DNA of 44,351 nucleotides from Chiloscyllium plagiosum (GCF_004010195.1 NC_057718.1:56867166-56911516); one strand, 5' to 3'; shown: positions 21,801 through 35,622, counted from the first letter of the stretch. Notes: generated from the sequence alone by a model not told the origin. Numbers and translations are program-made.

Positions 21801-24537
21801 CTCTCTCCTTAATGCCCCCTTAACAGTTCAGAAAATACAGGAGGCAGCTAGGCAACTTCAAAGTGGGAAAGCGCCTGGCCCTGATGGTCTAGTTTTATAT
21901 GGAGTTTATAGGGATTCTATCAGAGCAAATGTTGGAGATGTACAGTCACGCCTATATGCATGAATGCCTACCACCATCTTTGAGAGAAGCTAATATTTCC
22001 TTAATTCTTAAGAAGGGGAAGCTTCCTGAGGATTGTGCCTCATACAGGCCCATTTCTCTATTAAATTCAGATTTTAAGATTCTGTCCAAGATCCTGGCGC
22101 TGAGATTGGAAAGGGTGTTGCCTAATATTGTTAAAGAGGACCAGACAGGCTTTATAAGGGGCCATAGGTCCTCTAATAATATTAGAAAGTTGCTGAATGT
22201 GGTCCAAGTTTGTCAGCAACGATCGATTCAGGGGTTGGTGATTTCCTTAGATGCAGAGAAGCATTTGACCGGGTTGAATGGCCACATCTTTATGTCTTAG
22301 AACAGTTTGGGGTGGGTGGAGGTTTTATATCGCCACCCTCTGGCCATGTTCATCACCAACTGGGTGAAGTCTGGGAACTTTACGATTGGTGGGGTAGTCG
22401 GCAAGGCTGCCCCCTCTCACCGCTGTTGTTTACATTGGTGATTGGCCTTTGTTGGAGGTTCTTTCATCAGAATATCCATATAACCACTCCGGAAGTGGGA
22501 TCAAAGACACACAAGATTACACTGTATGCGGATGATGTCCTTCTGTTTTTATTGAACCCAATGACCTCTGTACTCTATTTGATACAATGTATCTATTCAT
22601 TTGGGGCTATTTCAGGATATAAGATTAATTTTGCAAAATCAGAGGCTATGCCTTTGGGGAACCTTAAGGATGTGCCAGAAGTTGAAGGTGGCCCTAAGTT
22701 CCCTTTTAAGTGGTCACGGGCAAGATTCTGGTACCTAGGCATTTTTATTACCCCTAAGTTTGATCTGTTATTTCGGACTGAATTTGTTCACTTGCTCGAT
22801 AATATTAGGTGAGATCTCCAGAGATGGGAGGCTCTTCCAATTTCATGGCTGGGCCGAATATCTCTCATTAAGAAGAATGTTGTTCCTCATTTGCTTTATC
22901 CTATGCTCCCTATAATTTCCCCGGTCAACCCTGCGGAAGCTTATGGGTTGGTTTGGTTCCTTGGTCTGGCATCGTGGGCGGCGCCTCATCTAAATCATTA
23001 AATTGCAGTTGCCTCAAGGAGGGGGAGGAGTTGATTTCCCAGACATCAGAAGGTATCAATTGAGTTCCCTGCTGTCCTTTGTCTGCAGTTGGGTAGGTAA
23101 CAATCCAGGCTCAATATGGCCGGATATTGAGGCCTCCCAAGCAAAGTGCCCTCTTATTAACCGGTTGTTCATGGATAAGATGAGGACAGTTTTGGACCAC
23201 TGCCAGAACCCCATTGTCATTAGTACAGTCAGGGCTTGGAGGGCGATACATCAGAGTAAGGGTTGTTTATCCAAGACTTCGCCACTTACACCTATAGTTG
23301 GCATGCCAGGGTTCCGACCAGGGATGACGGACTCAGGGTTCAAACTATGGGCAGCGAGAGGAGTTTCTAATTTGGGAGACTTGTTTGAGGGGGAGGTTAC
23401 GATGTCTTCTGAGCAACTGAGGTGCAAATACGGGTTACCCAGCAGAGATCTTTTCCGTTTTTTTCAGGTTAGGGATTTCATCAGAAGATGACTACGCTTC
23501 TCACTAAGCCCTATAAGCCCGATACAGAGAGGTTGTTGCTACGTTCCACAAGCACCCTTTCGTTTAGTGCCCGCTATCGTCTGCTGGGTGGCAGGGCCTG
23601 GCAGGATATTAACCAGTTATGTGAGCTCTGGGAGCAAGAGCTAGGAGTTGAGATCTCTTCTGAAACATGGGAGAACATATGTGAGAATGCTTGAAAGATC
23701 TCAATCTATAACAGGACATGCGCTACGCAGTTTAAAGTGCTGCACAGTGTTCATCTGGCACCAGACCGTCTGGCAAAGTTTAAAAAAGGGCATCTTCTGT
23801 GTGCCCCAAATGTAAAATAAGTTTAGGTACTCTTACCCATTGCTTCTGGACATGCGACAGGCTCCGTGTTTACCGGAGCGCTGTGGCGGGAGAGAGGGTA
23901 TTGAGGACTGAAGTCAAAGTAGATCCGGTATCTCTCCTCTTAGGTCTACCGAATTTACCATCTTTAGATAGGCATGGGAAGAAACTATTTAATATTCTTG
24001 CCTACTGTGCACGAAAAAGTATTCTGATGAATTGGGTGTCTGAGAACCCGCTGGGATGGCAGAAGTTAATTATGGAACACATTCCCTTGGACGTTTTTAC
24101 AAACATGGTGCACCACAAAACAGACCATTTTTATAAAGACATGGCAGCCCTACTGGAGTTATTTGGAAACAGATTTGTCAGTTGTCTTAACTAGGGCATT
24201 GGTTTAACCAGGATGGTTAGATTTGTCAAGCTCTGGGCCCTAGAGGGGTCGCCTGAGTTAATACGGGTATATATACAATGCTTCCGTTCCTCTGTTTGGG
24301 AGCTTTACACCGAGCATAGCTGTTCTGTAATTTGTTTTTTTTTGCTTTTCTTTGCACAGTGTTCGGGTTTGTTTTGTATTAGAGGGTAGGTTAATACTTA
24401 GGAGACAGTAGTTGTATTGTTTTTGAGTTTGTTTTCTTTTTATTATACTGGTATTTGTTATTGATTGTATTTTTCAATAATTTTATATGTTTGTAAAGTT
24501 TAAAAAAATTTGCTAATAAGTATATTTACAAAAAAAA
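18806..24537 (+). mobile_element. Full-length, inactivated L1-clade LINE (~5.7 kb)
   Basis: ORF1 remnants at 18966-19854 (coiled coil, DDLEN...NLQIV, IERAYR, FFQDFS, YPAVLR). ORF2 from ATG 20461 with APE (WNIKG, QETH, GGDFN, SDH), RT (YRPISLLN, RQGCPLSP, YADD) and a CPKC...HCFWTC knuckle. T-rich 3'UTR, short polyA and TSD AAAGATGGTT(T)GACG at 18792-18805 and 24535-24549. Many frameshifts and stops. Confidence 0.95.
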
Positions 24538-24981
24538 GATGGTTTGACGTTATCTTCCTAGAGATGATCATAACCTAGTAACCGTGTAACATCAAAATTA
24601 CTTATTGCTCATCAGCCTAAGCCCAAATATTGTCCAAGTCTTGCTGTAATTGACCACTTTCGTCCTCATCAACTGAAGCATAAATGGAATACAACGTTGA
24701 AAATGTTAAGAAAGTGCGCTAATGACTGCATATTAATGACTTTATCTGAGATAATTGGCAAACATCTGCAAGAGTTGGGCTTCAGACCCTGTTTTGAAGA
24801 AGTCCTGAGTCTGATATCATTGTGCTCCACCGTTCAAAATCATCTTTATTTTTCTTAGGTTTAACTGTAGCCATTTCAGAGTAACCAGTGACTGCTATTG
24901 ACTTTAATTCAATGAAGGCTTCTATCGGTCTTGATCAGAAAAATTCTGCACTGATGCCAACAACAGTCACTCCCATCTTAA

Positions 24982-25114
24982 ACAAAAACAGAAATAACTG
25001 GACGTGAAACATTAACTGTGCATTGTCTCCACAGATGCTGTCTGTTAAGTTTTTCCAGCAATTTCAGTTCTTGTTTTGGATTTCCAGCATCTGCATTTTT
25101 TTGTTTAGTGTTTA
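24982..25114 (+). mobile_element. Old short Penelope-derived insert with 13-bp TSD
   Basis: ACTC(C/T)CATCTTAA at 24969-24981 and 25115-25127. Body gaaacattaactgtg...ctccacagatgctg...gatttccagcatctgca resembles the other Penelope-type ends. Confidence 0.65.
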
Positions 25115-25299
25115 ACTCTCATCTTAACCTTTGAATTCAGCTCTCTTGCACCTTGGCTATAAGTAAGGTCTGGAGCTAACTGGCCCCATTGAAACCCAAA
25201 CATTGGAGACTAAGTTATTGACAAGAAAACACTGCTATCACTTTGCATATTTCTAACCTTAAGGCTAACATAAAAATACATTCATGTATGCACAAAAGC

Positions 25300-26165
25300 C
25301 TAGTAAGGGCTTTAAACCTGGCTAAAGATTAAATTGATTAAAGGAAGAAATGTATAAAGTGGCAAAAAAGAAAAGTCTGAGGATTTTGGACCATCTTAAA
25401 ATTCTGCAAAGGAGAATCAAAACAAAAACAAGTCATTAAAAATGAGCTGTAAATGTTACTAGATTGCAAAAAGGAAAAGATTAATAAAAACAAATGAGAG
25501 CCCATTACAAGAGCAATGAAGAGAATGTACAAAAGCAAATAAGGAAATGGCAGAGAAACTAAGCAAATATTGTCTGTCTGTCTTCATGGGTGAGAATACT
25601 AAAAGCTCCCAAAAATAATGGAATACCTAGACATTAATGTGCTTGAGGAGTCATAAGTAAATAAATGTACTAGAGAAATTAATGGGACTTAAAACTGATA
25701 AATCCTCAAACTATTTTCCAGAGTGTTGAAAAAGGTGGTTGTGAAAATTGGTGATCAAATTGCAAAATTGTACAGACTTTTAACTAGCCACTGCAAATTG
25801 GAAGATGTCAAATATAACACCACTATAAATACATTAGCTTCATATCAAACATTGGGAAATGCAAGGATTTATAACAAAGGATGTGATAACAGAACTTTTC
25901 AAAAATAATAGTGGGATTTGCAGGGTCATTATGGATTTCTGAACAGGAAATCATGTTTAATAAATCTTGGAATTTTTTGAAAAGATGACCAGCAGAGTAG
26001 GTAAAGTGAATTAGTGATTGTGGTTGATTTAGATTGTCAGGAAACGTTTGATAAGATCCCACACAAATGGTTAGTAAACAAAAATTAGAGCACATTAAAT
26101 TGGGGAGAACATACTGATACATTTTGAGATCTGGTTAACGGACAAAAAGCAGAGAATAGGTGTCA
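25300..26165 (+). mobile_element. Heavily degraded internal CR1 ORF2 fragment
   Basis: Residual motifs AEKLSKY, GLKTDKS, RKSCLINLG.F, FDK.PH. Confidence 0.6.
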
Positions 26166-27094
26166 TGTTTTGTCTTACATCAAATATGGAATATACATTT
26201 AAGAGACAGCATGATGTCATTACCATACCATCATTTCTGACCTATTGGAATAAAGGTTTCTGTCTCCCATCTTACAGAGCTCTGTCCTCTTGCACACTAA
26301 TGTATGACAAGAATTTTACTATAGTACATGTGAATTGCTTAGCTTGACGCCAGATACACAAAGTGCCTGTGATTCTAATGATACTAAGTGCTGTAGTTAA
26401 AGTTCACTGAATTCCTCAGCACAACATGGTCAATGTCTCAATCGTATACAGTATTAAGGTAGTTAACATAAGCATCACATCATGATAAATGAAGACCATC
26501 AGTTATCACACCTCATGTCATGATAGCAGCAAGCAACAGAACTACTTATAAAAGAATCCTCATTGAAGATTAAGAAGTCCTGGATCAAAGCATTCAGATG
26601 ACCAACAAAAGGTCCTCTACAACTTCAAGAAAGAAATGTTTCAGCCAGCTTCCTGACATGAAAGTTAAGATACAGCAGTTAAAAGAAAACAAAATTAGTA
26701 GCTAAAAGGGTTCCTACTGACTGAAAAGCAACCATGGCAGTTACAGGACACTGTCAGTTTAACAACTGAGCCCTCCCGTTTTAAAAAAAAACATTTTTAA
26801 AGCATTAAAAAAGTGAAGTTCTAACCCTAGTGAAGCTTCCATCTATGCAGTGGCCAGTTGCTTCTACAGTTTTTTTACTTTAATGCCACGCCAGTGCTGG
26901 TGTGACATCATCCATATTTGGCGCAAAATCCCTCTAGCGGCTGAAACCTGCTACTACAGGTCTTTATCCCAAAGCTACAGCGCAACACTCACCAAAACTA
27001 TTATTGAGGACACAAACATGAAATAAAATAGAAGGAAATGAAATAATAAAAGGACATAACAGCAAACAAAATAAAAGCAAGGAATAAACAAATC

Positions 27095-27908
27095 CTCAGA
27101 GTACAACGGGATCCTGATCAGATGGGCCAATGGACCGAGGAGTGGCAGATGGGCGTTTAATTTAGACAAATGTGAGGTACCACATTTTGGAAAGGCAAAT
27201 CAGGGCAGGACTTATACACTAAATAATAAGGTCCTGGGGAGTGTTGCTGACAAATACTTAGAGTGCAGATTCATAGTTCCTTGAAAGTGGTGTCCACAGG
27301 ATAGTGAAAGTGGTGTTTGGTATGCTCGCCTTTATTGGTCAGTGCATTGAGTACAGGAGTTGCAGCTGAATAGGACATTGGTTAGGCCACTTTTAGAATA
27401 CTGCCTATAATTCTGGTCTCCCTGCTATACGAAGGATGTTTTGAAAGTTGACGGTTCAGAAAGATTTACAAGGATGTTGCCAAGGTTGGATGGTTTGAAC
27501 TATAGGGAAAGGCTGAATAGGCGGAGGCTGTTTTCCCTGAAGCAGAGGCTCAGGGGTGTCCATACAAAAGTTTATAAAATCATGAAGGGCATGAATAGGG
27601 TGAATAGACAGGGTTGGGGAGTCCAAAACTAGAGGGCACAGGTTTAGGGCAAGAGGGGAAAGATTTTAAAGGGACTAAAGGAACAACGTTTTTACGCAGA
27701 GGGTGGTGCGTGTATAGAATGAGCTGCCAAACGAAGTGGTGGAAGCTGGTACAATTGCCACATTAAAAATACATTTGGATGGGTATATGAATAGGAAGTA
27801 TTCCTATCAAATTTGAGCAAATGGGACTAGATTAATTTAGGACATCTGGTGAGCATGGATGAGTTGGAGCGAAGGGTCTGTTTCATGCTATACGGCTCTA
27901 TGACTCTA
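27095..27908 (+). mobile_element. 5'-truncated CR1/HER1-type LINE
   Basis: Homologous to the reverse complement of 17234-18150, with a CTATGACTCTA tail. Possible TSD AAATC. Confidence 0.9.
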
Positions 27909-27922
27909 AATCTGCGCTCCAC

Positions 27923-28534
27923 TGTTATGGATTAGGCCAGACCCCCTCAAAACATTTAAAGAAAGTAGCCTAACTTTGCTCATTGTTTTAAGCAGGTGTA
28001 AGGCGGATGTCCCAGGAGTGATGCAGCTGGCCCAACCACTTAGTTTTAAACAAAACAAAAGTTATTTGCAAGAGTACCAAATGAAACACAAACAGGACAG
28101 AACAGAATACAGAATAACTGAACCTATCCGAAAACCCAATACAGTCTTCCAACTTAATTATGCTGTTCTAAATACTTGCAACAATCCCCATAAATACCCC
28201 TTTACAAAAAAAAAGGACAAATCCAACAGTGTCTTACAGGAGAGATGCCAAAGAGGGAGGATCAGCATGGACCTGCCTCTTTGGGTCCAGCAGTTTCACG
28301 ACTGACTGACTGCTTTCAGTGAACAGCCATACTGCTAAAATCCAAACCAAAGTAAAGCTGAGCTGGCAGAACTGGCCACTCCCCTTTCATTGTACAAGTG
28401 TTTTTTGTCTGTTAGCTATCATCAATTAAGCCCTAATACCCTTCAAACCAAGACTTTTCAGAATCACTGATTTTACGATCTCTGAAAAAAAGCCAAGAAC
28501 AGCATAGCCTTGTTAAAGGAGCAGCATCGTCACA
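27923..28534. mobile_element. Probable solo LTR
   Basis: TGTTATG...CGTCACA imperfect inverted termini, 612 bp, non-coding. No clean TSD. Confidence 0.55.
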
Positions 28535-28539
28535 ACTCC

Positions 28540-30120
28540 AATAAAACAATACACCTTCAACAGGAAATGGATAACAAAATTTTGATCATGGATTTGGCAA
28601 GAGTGACATCTGCATTGATCGAGCTATTTAAACAGAACTGCAGCTTTACTTCACAGATCAAGCCACAAATTATCCTGACGGGAGAGCTCTGAAAATCGTA
28701 CAAGGCGGGACTTCACAGAATAATTCTATCTGAATATGTTAAAAAATATCCAGCAAAAGTGCAGATAATACTCTTGTTCTGACTCATGCAGTCAGTTCTG
28801 ACTCATGCAGTTTGCCCACCTACAAAGAAGTTATCTGGTGTTTCTTCACATCTGCAAATCACATGGCACCAATAGGACACTGGGCACACACATGCACACA
28901 GGAAGTCTGGTTTCAAACTCAAACTCACAACAAAACCAGCATGATTCCACAACGTTGGCAACACAAAGTCATCCAAATGTATAAAAACATAATAAAGTCA
29001 GCAGCCAACGAGCCAAAAATCAACTTTTCATATGGTCAACCTCACACACCACATTGATGGTAAAAGACAGTTAATAGTTTTTACTACAAGCATGCTACGG
29101 TCCCAAAAGACAGGTCAACACACCCTGAAAGCCAGAATTGATACAGGAGCTAGTCCAAACATGTTATCATTACACATCCTAAAAGACATGTACTTCAACA
29201 AGTGGTGCCCAAAGTACAATTACACTGCAGCGCTAACACGCTTAGATTTCCAAAATATTCTGCTGTCCAGATGTGGTAAGAATAACAGTATGTACAGAAC
29301 TCAGCATTGTAACTATTCATCAGATTCAAAGCACACCCATAAAAAGGTAGAACAGACTAAGTTTGACAACTGAATCGACCAATGATCTCAAACATTGAAC
29401 TAAGACCATCTTAACACAATCGGCAATTCGAATTTAAGTTTCATACAACATTGCATCTCAAGGACAATGCAAACTCATTTATTGATGCTCCAGGGTGCAC
29501 ATTCAGGAGAAGCTTGAAGTGAAACTGAATGAGATGGGGCCAGGTGATATCACTCAGAAGGTTGACTATCACACGCACCGGTTAGCTCCATCGCTAGTTT
29601 TAAAGAAATATGGCACCATAAAAATTATGTCTAGATCTGTTGGCTCAATTTCTCACATAAAATAACAACCACTGTAAGAATTACATTCTGAGATTTCCAG
29701 CACCAGTTTTAAAACTAGGTGCAAAGCATGGTTATTAGTCTATCCTTCCAGCAGAAATCTTCCAATGCTGTTTCCAATGATTACCATTTGGACAATTAGT
29801 AGGCCAAGACATATTCCAAAAGCAAATGGACAGGATTATTGAAAATGTATCTGGTTGTGTTTGCATCACTGACAATATCATGGTCGAGGGTCAGACAAAG
29901 ACAGAACATGATCACCTTTTGAGGACAGCAGTGTATCAACATGTTGTGTCAGGTTAATATCAGCCAGATAAATCTTTTCTGGTCAATTTATTCTGCTCAG
30001 AGTCTGAGCCAATCCAAACAACAAACATCGAGGATATTAAACAAATGCCACCATACAGAATAAGGAGGTTCTGCAATGTTGCTTTGGATTTTACAATTTC
30101 CTTTTGCCATATACTTCTAA
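28540..30120 (+). mobile_element. Decayed Ty3/Gypsy pol remnant (protease-RT)
   Basis: LKARIDTGASPNML aspartic protease motif (~29125-29165). KLGAKHGY.S and VCITDNIMV are degenerate RT motifs. Confidence 0.65.
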
Positions 30121-30900
30121 GCGAGTTTTGAGAACATTTGGAGCTCAGGTTGAGGTTTTGGATGTAAGTTTGCTCGCTGAGCTGGAAAGTTCATTTTCAG
30201 ACTTTTTGTCACCATACTAGGTAACATCAGTGAGCCTCCAGTGAAGCAGCGGTGGTATGGCCACTTTTTATTTGTGTGTTCAGGTTTCTAGGGTTGGTGA
30301 TGTAACTTCCTATGGTGATGGCATTTCCTGTTCTTTTTCTCAGGGAGTGGAAAATGGGATCCAAGTCAATGTGTTTGTTGATAAGAGTTCCAGTTGGAAT
30401 ACCATGTTTCTAGGAAATTTTGTGCATGTTTGTTGTTGTTTTCCTCTTTTGTGAATTTTATGCTGGTAAGGATATTATGGATGGTCTTGAAGGTTTCCTC
30501 TAATTTATTTCATTTATTGATGACAAAGGTGTCATCCAAGTAGTGGACCCAAAGTTTGGGTTGGATGGTTGGCAGAGCTGTTTGTTCAAGTCTCTGCATT
30601 ACTACCTTTGCTTAGAACCCCGATATATCAGAGATCCCATGGGTATTCTGTTGGTTTGTCTGTAGGGTTTGTTATTGAAATGAAGTGAGTAGTAAAGCAT
30701 AGGTCCACTAGCTTGACGATGTTGACTTTGTTCAAGAAGTTGGTGATGTTTGCTGTATGTGTCTTTGGTTCTTTGGTGTAATCAGTGTTTCTTTGGCCAG
30801 GTTGATGTTGATGAATGTAAACAGGGCTGTTATGTCAAAGAAAACCATTACTTCATCCTCTATCTTGGCGTCTTTGATGGTGTTCAGCAATTCTCGCAAG
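30121..30900 (-). mobile_element. Internally deleted Penelope-like retroelement
   Basis: Minus strand: MVFFDITALFTFIN, YRQTNRIPMGS, VMQRLEQTALPTIQPKLWVHYLDDTFVI, then the C-terminal FLETWYS...INKHIDLDPI, then a terminal repeat with a decayed hammerhead core. Confidence 0.85.
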
Positions 30901-31476
30901 ACCACCTAACACACTAGCAAGGTTCTGCTTGCATCCTGAATTGCAAAGACAATCCTCTCGCGGTAAACACTTTCTTACATTTCTCTCCCATCTCCTCAAC
31001 CTTCACTTCCAACAATAAGTGCAGAAATGTTTAAAATTCCTTCTCCACCATCATCCTACCAGGCCAAACTTTCTCTAAAGTTTGCATCTTCTCACGTCAC
31101 TCTCATTTTTTCCCAAGTCCATTCTGTGTTCATCTTGTCCATGAAACTCATCTCTTGATCTTTTGTTCCTATTCGTAGAAAATTGTTTATCTAGTACTTA
31201 GATGAAATACCATCTTTGTGGGAACATCCTCGCCCAGAAGATCAATGAATAGAATTTAGTCAAGTGACACAAGAGCAAAGAGGCAGTTAACATGACCTTG
31301 AAAAAGGTCCTAACAGATAAATAAACTGGAAATATCATAACTTGTAGTCAAATAAAAAGAAGTGGCTGAGAAAATAGATCAAGTTTTTAGGGAATGAACA
31401 GAGGAAAGGAAGATTTTGATTAAAAGGAGAGTGTAGTGGAACGAAGCAAGATGCTTAAAGGAGGAATTCAAAATGG

Positions 31477-32135
31477 TGTTATGCTTCAGGACTGACAGTT
31501 GGTTAGTGTTCAATTGGTAACTAAAGGGAGGACTAGTGCTGGCCAGCCAACTGGAGAGAAACTGGGAAAAAATAGAGAAACAAAGTGAACTGGCTTTGAC
31601 TGGACAGATTGCAGTTTTGTTTTCAAAGCTGCTGGACTGAGAGCTGTCTTTTGGTTTTGCTCTCTCTAGTTATTCTCCAATTAGCAACTTCTTGCAAGTT
31701 CTGAGAAAAGAATCCCAACCATAAGAAGTAAATGTCTCAAGGATCTGTGGAAATTGTTTGCATTGACCAATTACTTCAGAATTCAAGCAAGATACATAGT
31801 CCTACATGCCTGTAAAACCACCCCAAAGAATTTCATAAAGACCTGGTATTCATCATTGAAACAGTTACTGAACTGGTGAATTATGATTTTAAAAATTGTT
31901 TCCCTTAATTCTGTCTGTAGGTACGAGTGGAAGGCTGATGATCAAAGAGTGGGCTTAAGTATTAATTAGATTACCTTGTTAGTCATCTGTATTCTGCTAA
32001 GGCTACATTATTAATAATAAAATGTTAATTTTTGTCCAAGGTCTGTTATTTGCAAAGTCTGGTTAGGAACAATTGAACAATTTTGAGGATCACTGAATAT
32101 TTTCATTCTGTTATTTTATGAATTCAGTGATAATA
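31477..32135 (+). mobile_element. Possible old solo LTR
   Basis: Starts TGTTATG and has AATAAA near 32015. The right terminus is not clean. Confidence 0.3.
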
Positions 32136-32595
32136 AGGCTGATTTGGTTTGGCTTGCTAAAGTTGCTAAGCTGCAAGAGAAGTAAGCATGTTTGCTTGAC
32201 AAGTCATCTTTGGCTTCTCACTTTAAATAACAGAGTATTACCCATTTTTCAAAAGCACAAAATCGGGAAAATGTTAGTTGCTAAATGCTGCTCTTCAGGA
32301 TACTTTGGCTGCTGGACAGTGCTAAAATTGCAGGCAATTGTACAGAAAATAATATAGAAAAATGCTCAACAATTTGAACATATGACAATAAATAAGGAGG
32401 AAGACAACAATCATGGGACTCAAAAAAATACCAATGCAGAGTTATTCCAGTTTCACATAACAATGAAGTTGACTAGCAAGAAACTGCATTCTTGACATAG
32501 ATTGACTACTGCCCCTCAAAAGCACAAATCTTCTTACAGCCTTCTGAATCCTTCTGCATCTGGTTTCTGCAACGTCATTCAAAAGCCAGCTGTAA

Positions 32596-33000
32596 CTAGA
32601 CCACAAGAAATAGGAGATAATGGTAAATTTGATAATTTACTCCACTTTCTTGCCTTTTCTCCATAAATCTGATTCCCTAACTAATTAAAAATGTGTTCCA
32701 AGCTTGAATATGCCTACTAGCCCAGCTGCTACAGCTCTCTGCAGTAAAATATTTCACATATCCACTACCTCAGAAAAAACTTCCTTCTCATCTGTCATAA
32801 CTGAGTGACGCCTTACTCTTTGTTTGTCTTCTGGTCTGAAAATGTCCCACAAGGGAAAATAATCTTTCGGCATCTATCCTGTCAAAGTACAAAGAATATT
32901 GTCCAGTTCAGCAAGGTCACTTCTCATTCTTCTAAACACCATTGAGTACAGACCTAATCTACTCAATCACTCCTAATAAGAATATCCTTCCTTTATATCT
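32596..33000 (-). mobile_element. Degraded CR1 3' end
   Basis: Weak reverse-complement similarity to 13480-13900. Confidence 0.6.
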
Positions 33001-35455
33001 CCTATGGCCCTCTATCCAAAGCACATGGCCCTTCATAACCTTCCACACCAACTCGTCCTTTCCCCTTTGCCAAGCATCGATATAAAACAATGCACACAGA
33101 AGCAAAAATAAAGTTCAATCACTTTAACATCTATATTGCAGGGTACAATCTATTGAGAAAGACATGCTCATTTATAAAAAATACTTCTTGACAGATATTG
33201 ACTGCATCTGAAGGTCCTGCCAGGAGCAACTTCCACTACTGAAACAAAGTACTCACAGCACCCATTGTTACTCACTCGGCTTATTCCAAAAACAAATGCA
33301 TCTCACCTGAAGGCTCACAAAATTGAGATTAAGAAGAGAGCTTGAAATTAAGTGCTACATATGAACAAGAAAAAGGTAGCAGAGGAGCGATATGAAAACA
33401 AACTACTGAGCAGAATCATTGAGGCCATTCAAGATATTGTGATAATGGAAGAGTACACTACCTGCATCAATGTAGGAAAGCTTTTAAGCAACTGAGTCTA
33501 CGGATTTTTCTACAGTGTGTTCCCCTTGTTTGGAATACTATATGTAGTGAGACTAATTCATTCATTTCAGTTTCAATAATATTTGCATCTAGATGATTCC
33601 ACGATGGAGGTCTTAACTAATCTCAAGGTTGCTTTAGATCTGTTACCATTCAGATTAATAATAATGATTGCAGCATGCCCAGGACCAAGGAAAAGACTAA
33701 ATTACGCACACCAAAGCTCTCAACTTAATGACATACTCAACCCATCAAATATCCTTGCTCAAAAAGTAGGTACTACAGGAACAATCACCAAGGTAGAACA
33801 AGGTCCAAGGCTAGTTCATTTTCTTGCAGTTAACATCAACCTTGGGAGATTCGCCTTGGTTCTCGGCAGTCAAACACCTTGATTATTCCTGAAGCTGGAA
33901 AAACATCTACAAGGAGCACCGTATACATTCTAGAAGATACATACTCTCACAATCATGAAGGAAAGCAGCAAGCTTTAAAAAAAAACATGAGGCAGGTTGC
34001 CTCTGCTACAGGTAAATTTCACTGTCATACTTTCTTTCTTATTCTTATTCCCACAATTTTTTAAAAAAGTACAACTAAAAGCTACTTCCACTTCTGATGC
34101 CAGAGTTATGAATGCTTAATACACGTTCAGTGCAATTCCATTTTTCAGATCGAGATATTACCTGAAACTATTATCAATAGCAGTCAGGTGAAGCTGTTCC
34201 GAACCGTTTGGATGCTAGAAAAAGGCATGCTCTTAATGAACTAGTTGGTACAATGAAGCACATTGAAAAAAATCAGTCCCTCAGAATCTCAAACCCCACT
34301 AGGTCAAATGCTCAGTCAGCACTGTGCAATATTTTAAACAGGTCCTTTTGTTGAAAATTATATAACTTTTATTATATCAGTTTCTCCTTTCTGGGTGATG
34401 AATATATAAATGGATTTAGTAAACAAATTATAGATAGTTCTAAGAAGCAGGAAATAGACAGTTTCAGAAGCAGTTTACAAATGTTTCTTCTCATCTATCC
34501 AATATGTGTTACATAATGTAAGTTTTAAATTAATAATATGCACCAGTATTTTATTTACTAACTTACATAATCAGAATCATCCTAACTGGACATAAAAGTG
34601 ACCAGCATAGAATTAACAGCATTGTCGTTGGTCAACATAAAACACTACTTAAATAAACTTAAAAAAAAGTTTTGTTTAGAACTGACAATCATGCAAATAT
34701 TTATTGTACCATCATTATTTCAAAACAACATGCTCCAATATTCTTTCGTAATGATTAGCAAATATGGCATCATAAATAAGCAATTTTCATTTCTTTCCAA
34801 GTGCATTAGTGCCATGTGGCCAATTTACTGGGGTACAAAGTAAGGGAAATATTATTAGGGGCAACCGTTAATGGACAACAGTTGATTTCATTTGGCTATT
34901 CTTATACTTTAACTTAAATATTTAAAGAATTAATTCTTTTCCAGTTGCATTGAATAACAGGTCGCAGGTTAATAATAAACTGTACCCTCACAGCAAGTAA
35001 GCAATTTTTGAAACAGATTTTGGATTTTTCATTTCTTTTGCGTTTATAGTGGAGTTTGTCACTCATAATCGATTGAAGAAATATGAAATCAATTTCCTTA
35101 TCCATTGCCAATTCTGGTCTTAGATGATGACCCTTAACATTATAAAGTAGCTAAGCTCAGGAATAACCGAGCTCTGATTTTCAGACATCAACGCAACTTA
35201 GTCTTGATATTCACAAACTCATTGTTTTTGGTTTGAATGATGTTATTTCGTTTGTAAAAGCAACATAAATCTATTTGTTTCGTACTTCTTCAGATTCAGT
35301 GCAATAACAAGTCATATGGCTCATCTATTTAAGAACTAGAGAAGTTTCCAACTTCCACAGGTACAGTTTTTTGTTAAAATTCTGCCCCAAACCACTTTTC
35401 TAAAATTCAATGTTCATTTCCTTGATCTTAGCGTAGTTCTGATCTACGTACTTAC

Positions 35456-35622
35456 ATTTCTTGTCTGATCCTTCTGAGCTTTGCTTTTGTGTCTGCCAGT
35501 TCAACAGACAAATGCTGTCGGCTCTCAGTTCGCTGCATGCCTGGGGATCCAGTAGGTGACTGAACTGTTCCATGGACTGGAGATTGATTACAGTCACGTT
35601 CTTGTGCAAGATGTAACATGAT
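35456..35622 (-). CDS. CCDC88A: CCDC88A/Girdin coding exon (~human exon 8), 167 nt
   Basis: ttgtag| acceptor and |gtaagt donor. Translates IMLHLAQERDCNQSPVHGTVQSPTGSPGMQRTESRQHLSVELADTKAKLRRIRQE(M), matching recalled Girdin ...QSPCGSPGMKRTESRQHLSVELADAKAKIRRLRQEL. Ends in phase 2, fitting the next exon. Confidence 0.95.

Larger units (their letters stand above)
18160..25250 (-). mobile_element. Older CR1/L2-like LINE (3' part) split by the L1 insertion (pieces ~18160-18805 and ~24550-25250)
   Basis: Minus strand gives NHLSLTFSSTTIIQFPSVNILRVTINHKLD, typical of a post-RT region. The sequence continues coherently across the L1 TSD. Boundaries approximate. Confidence 0.65.
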
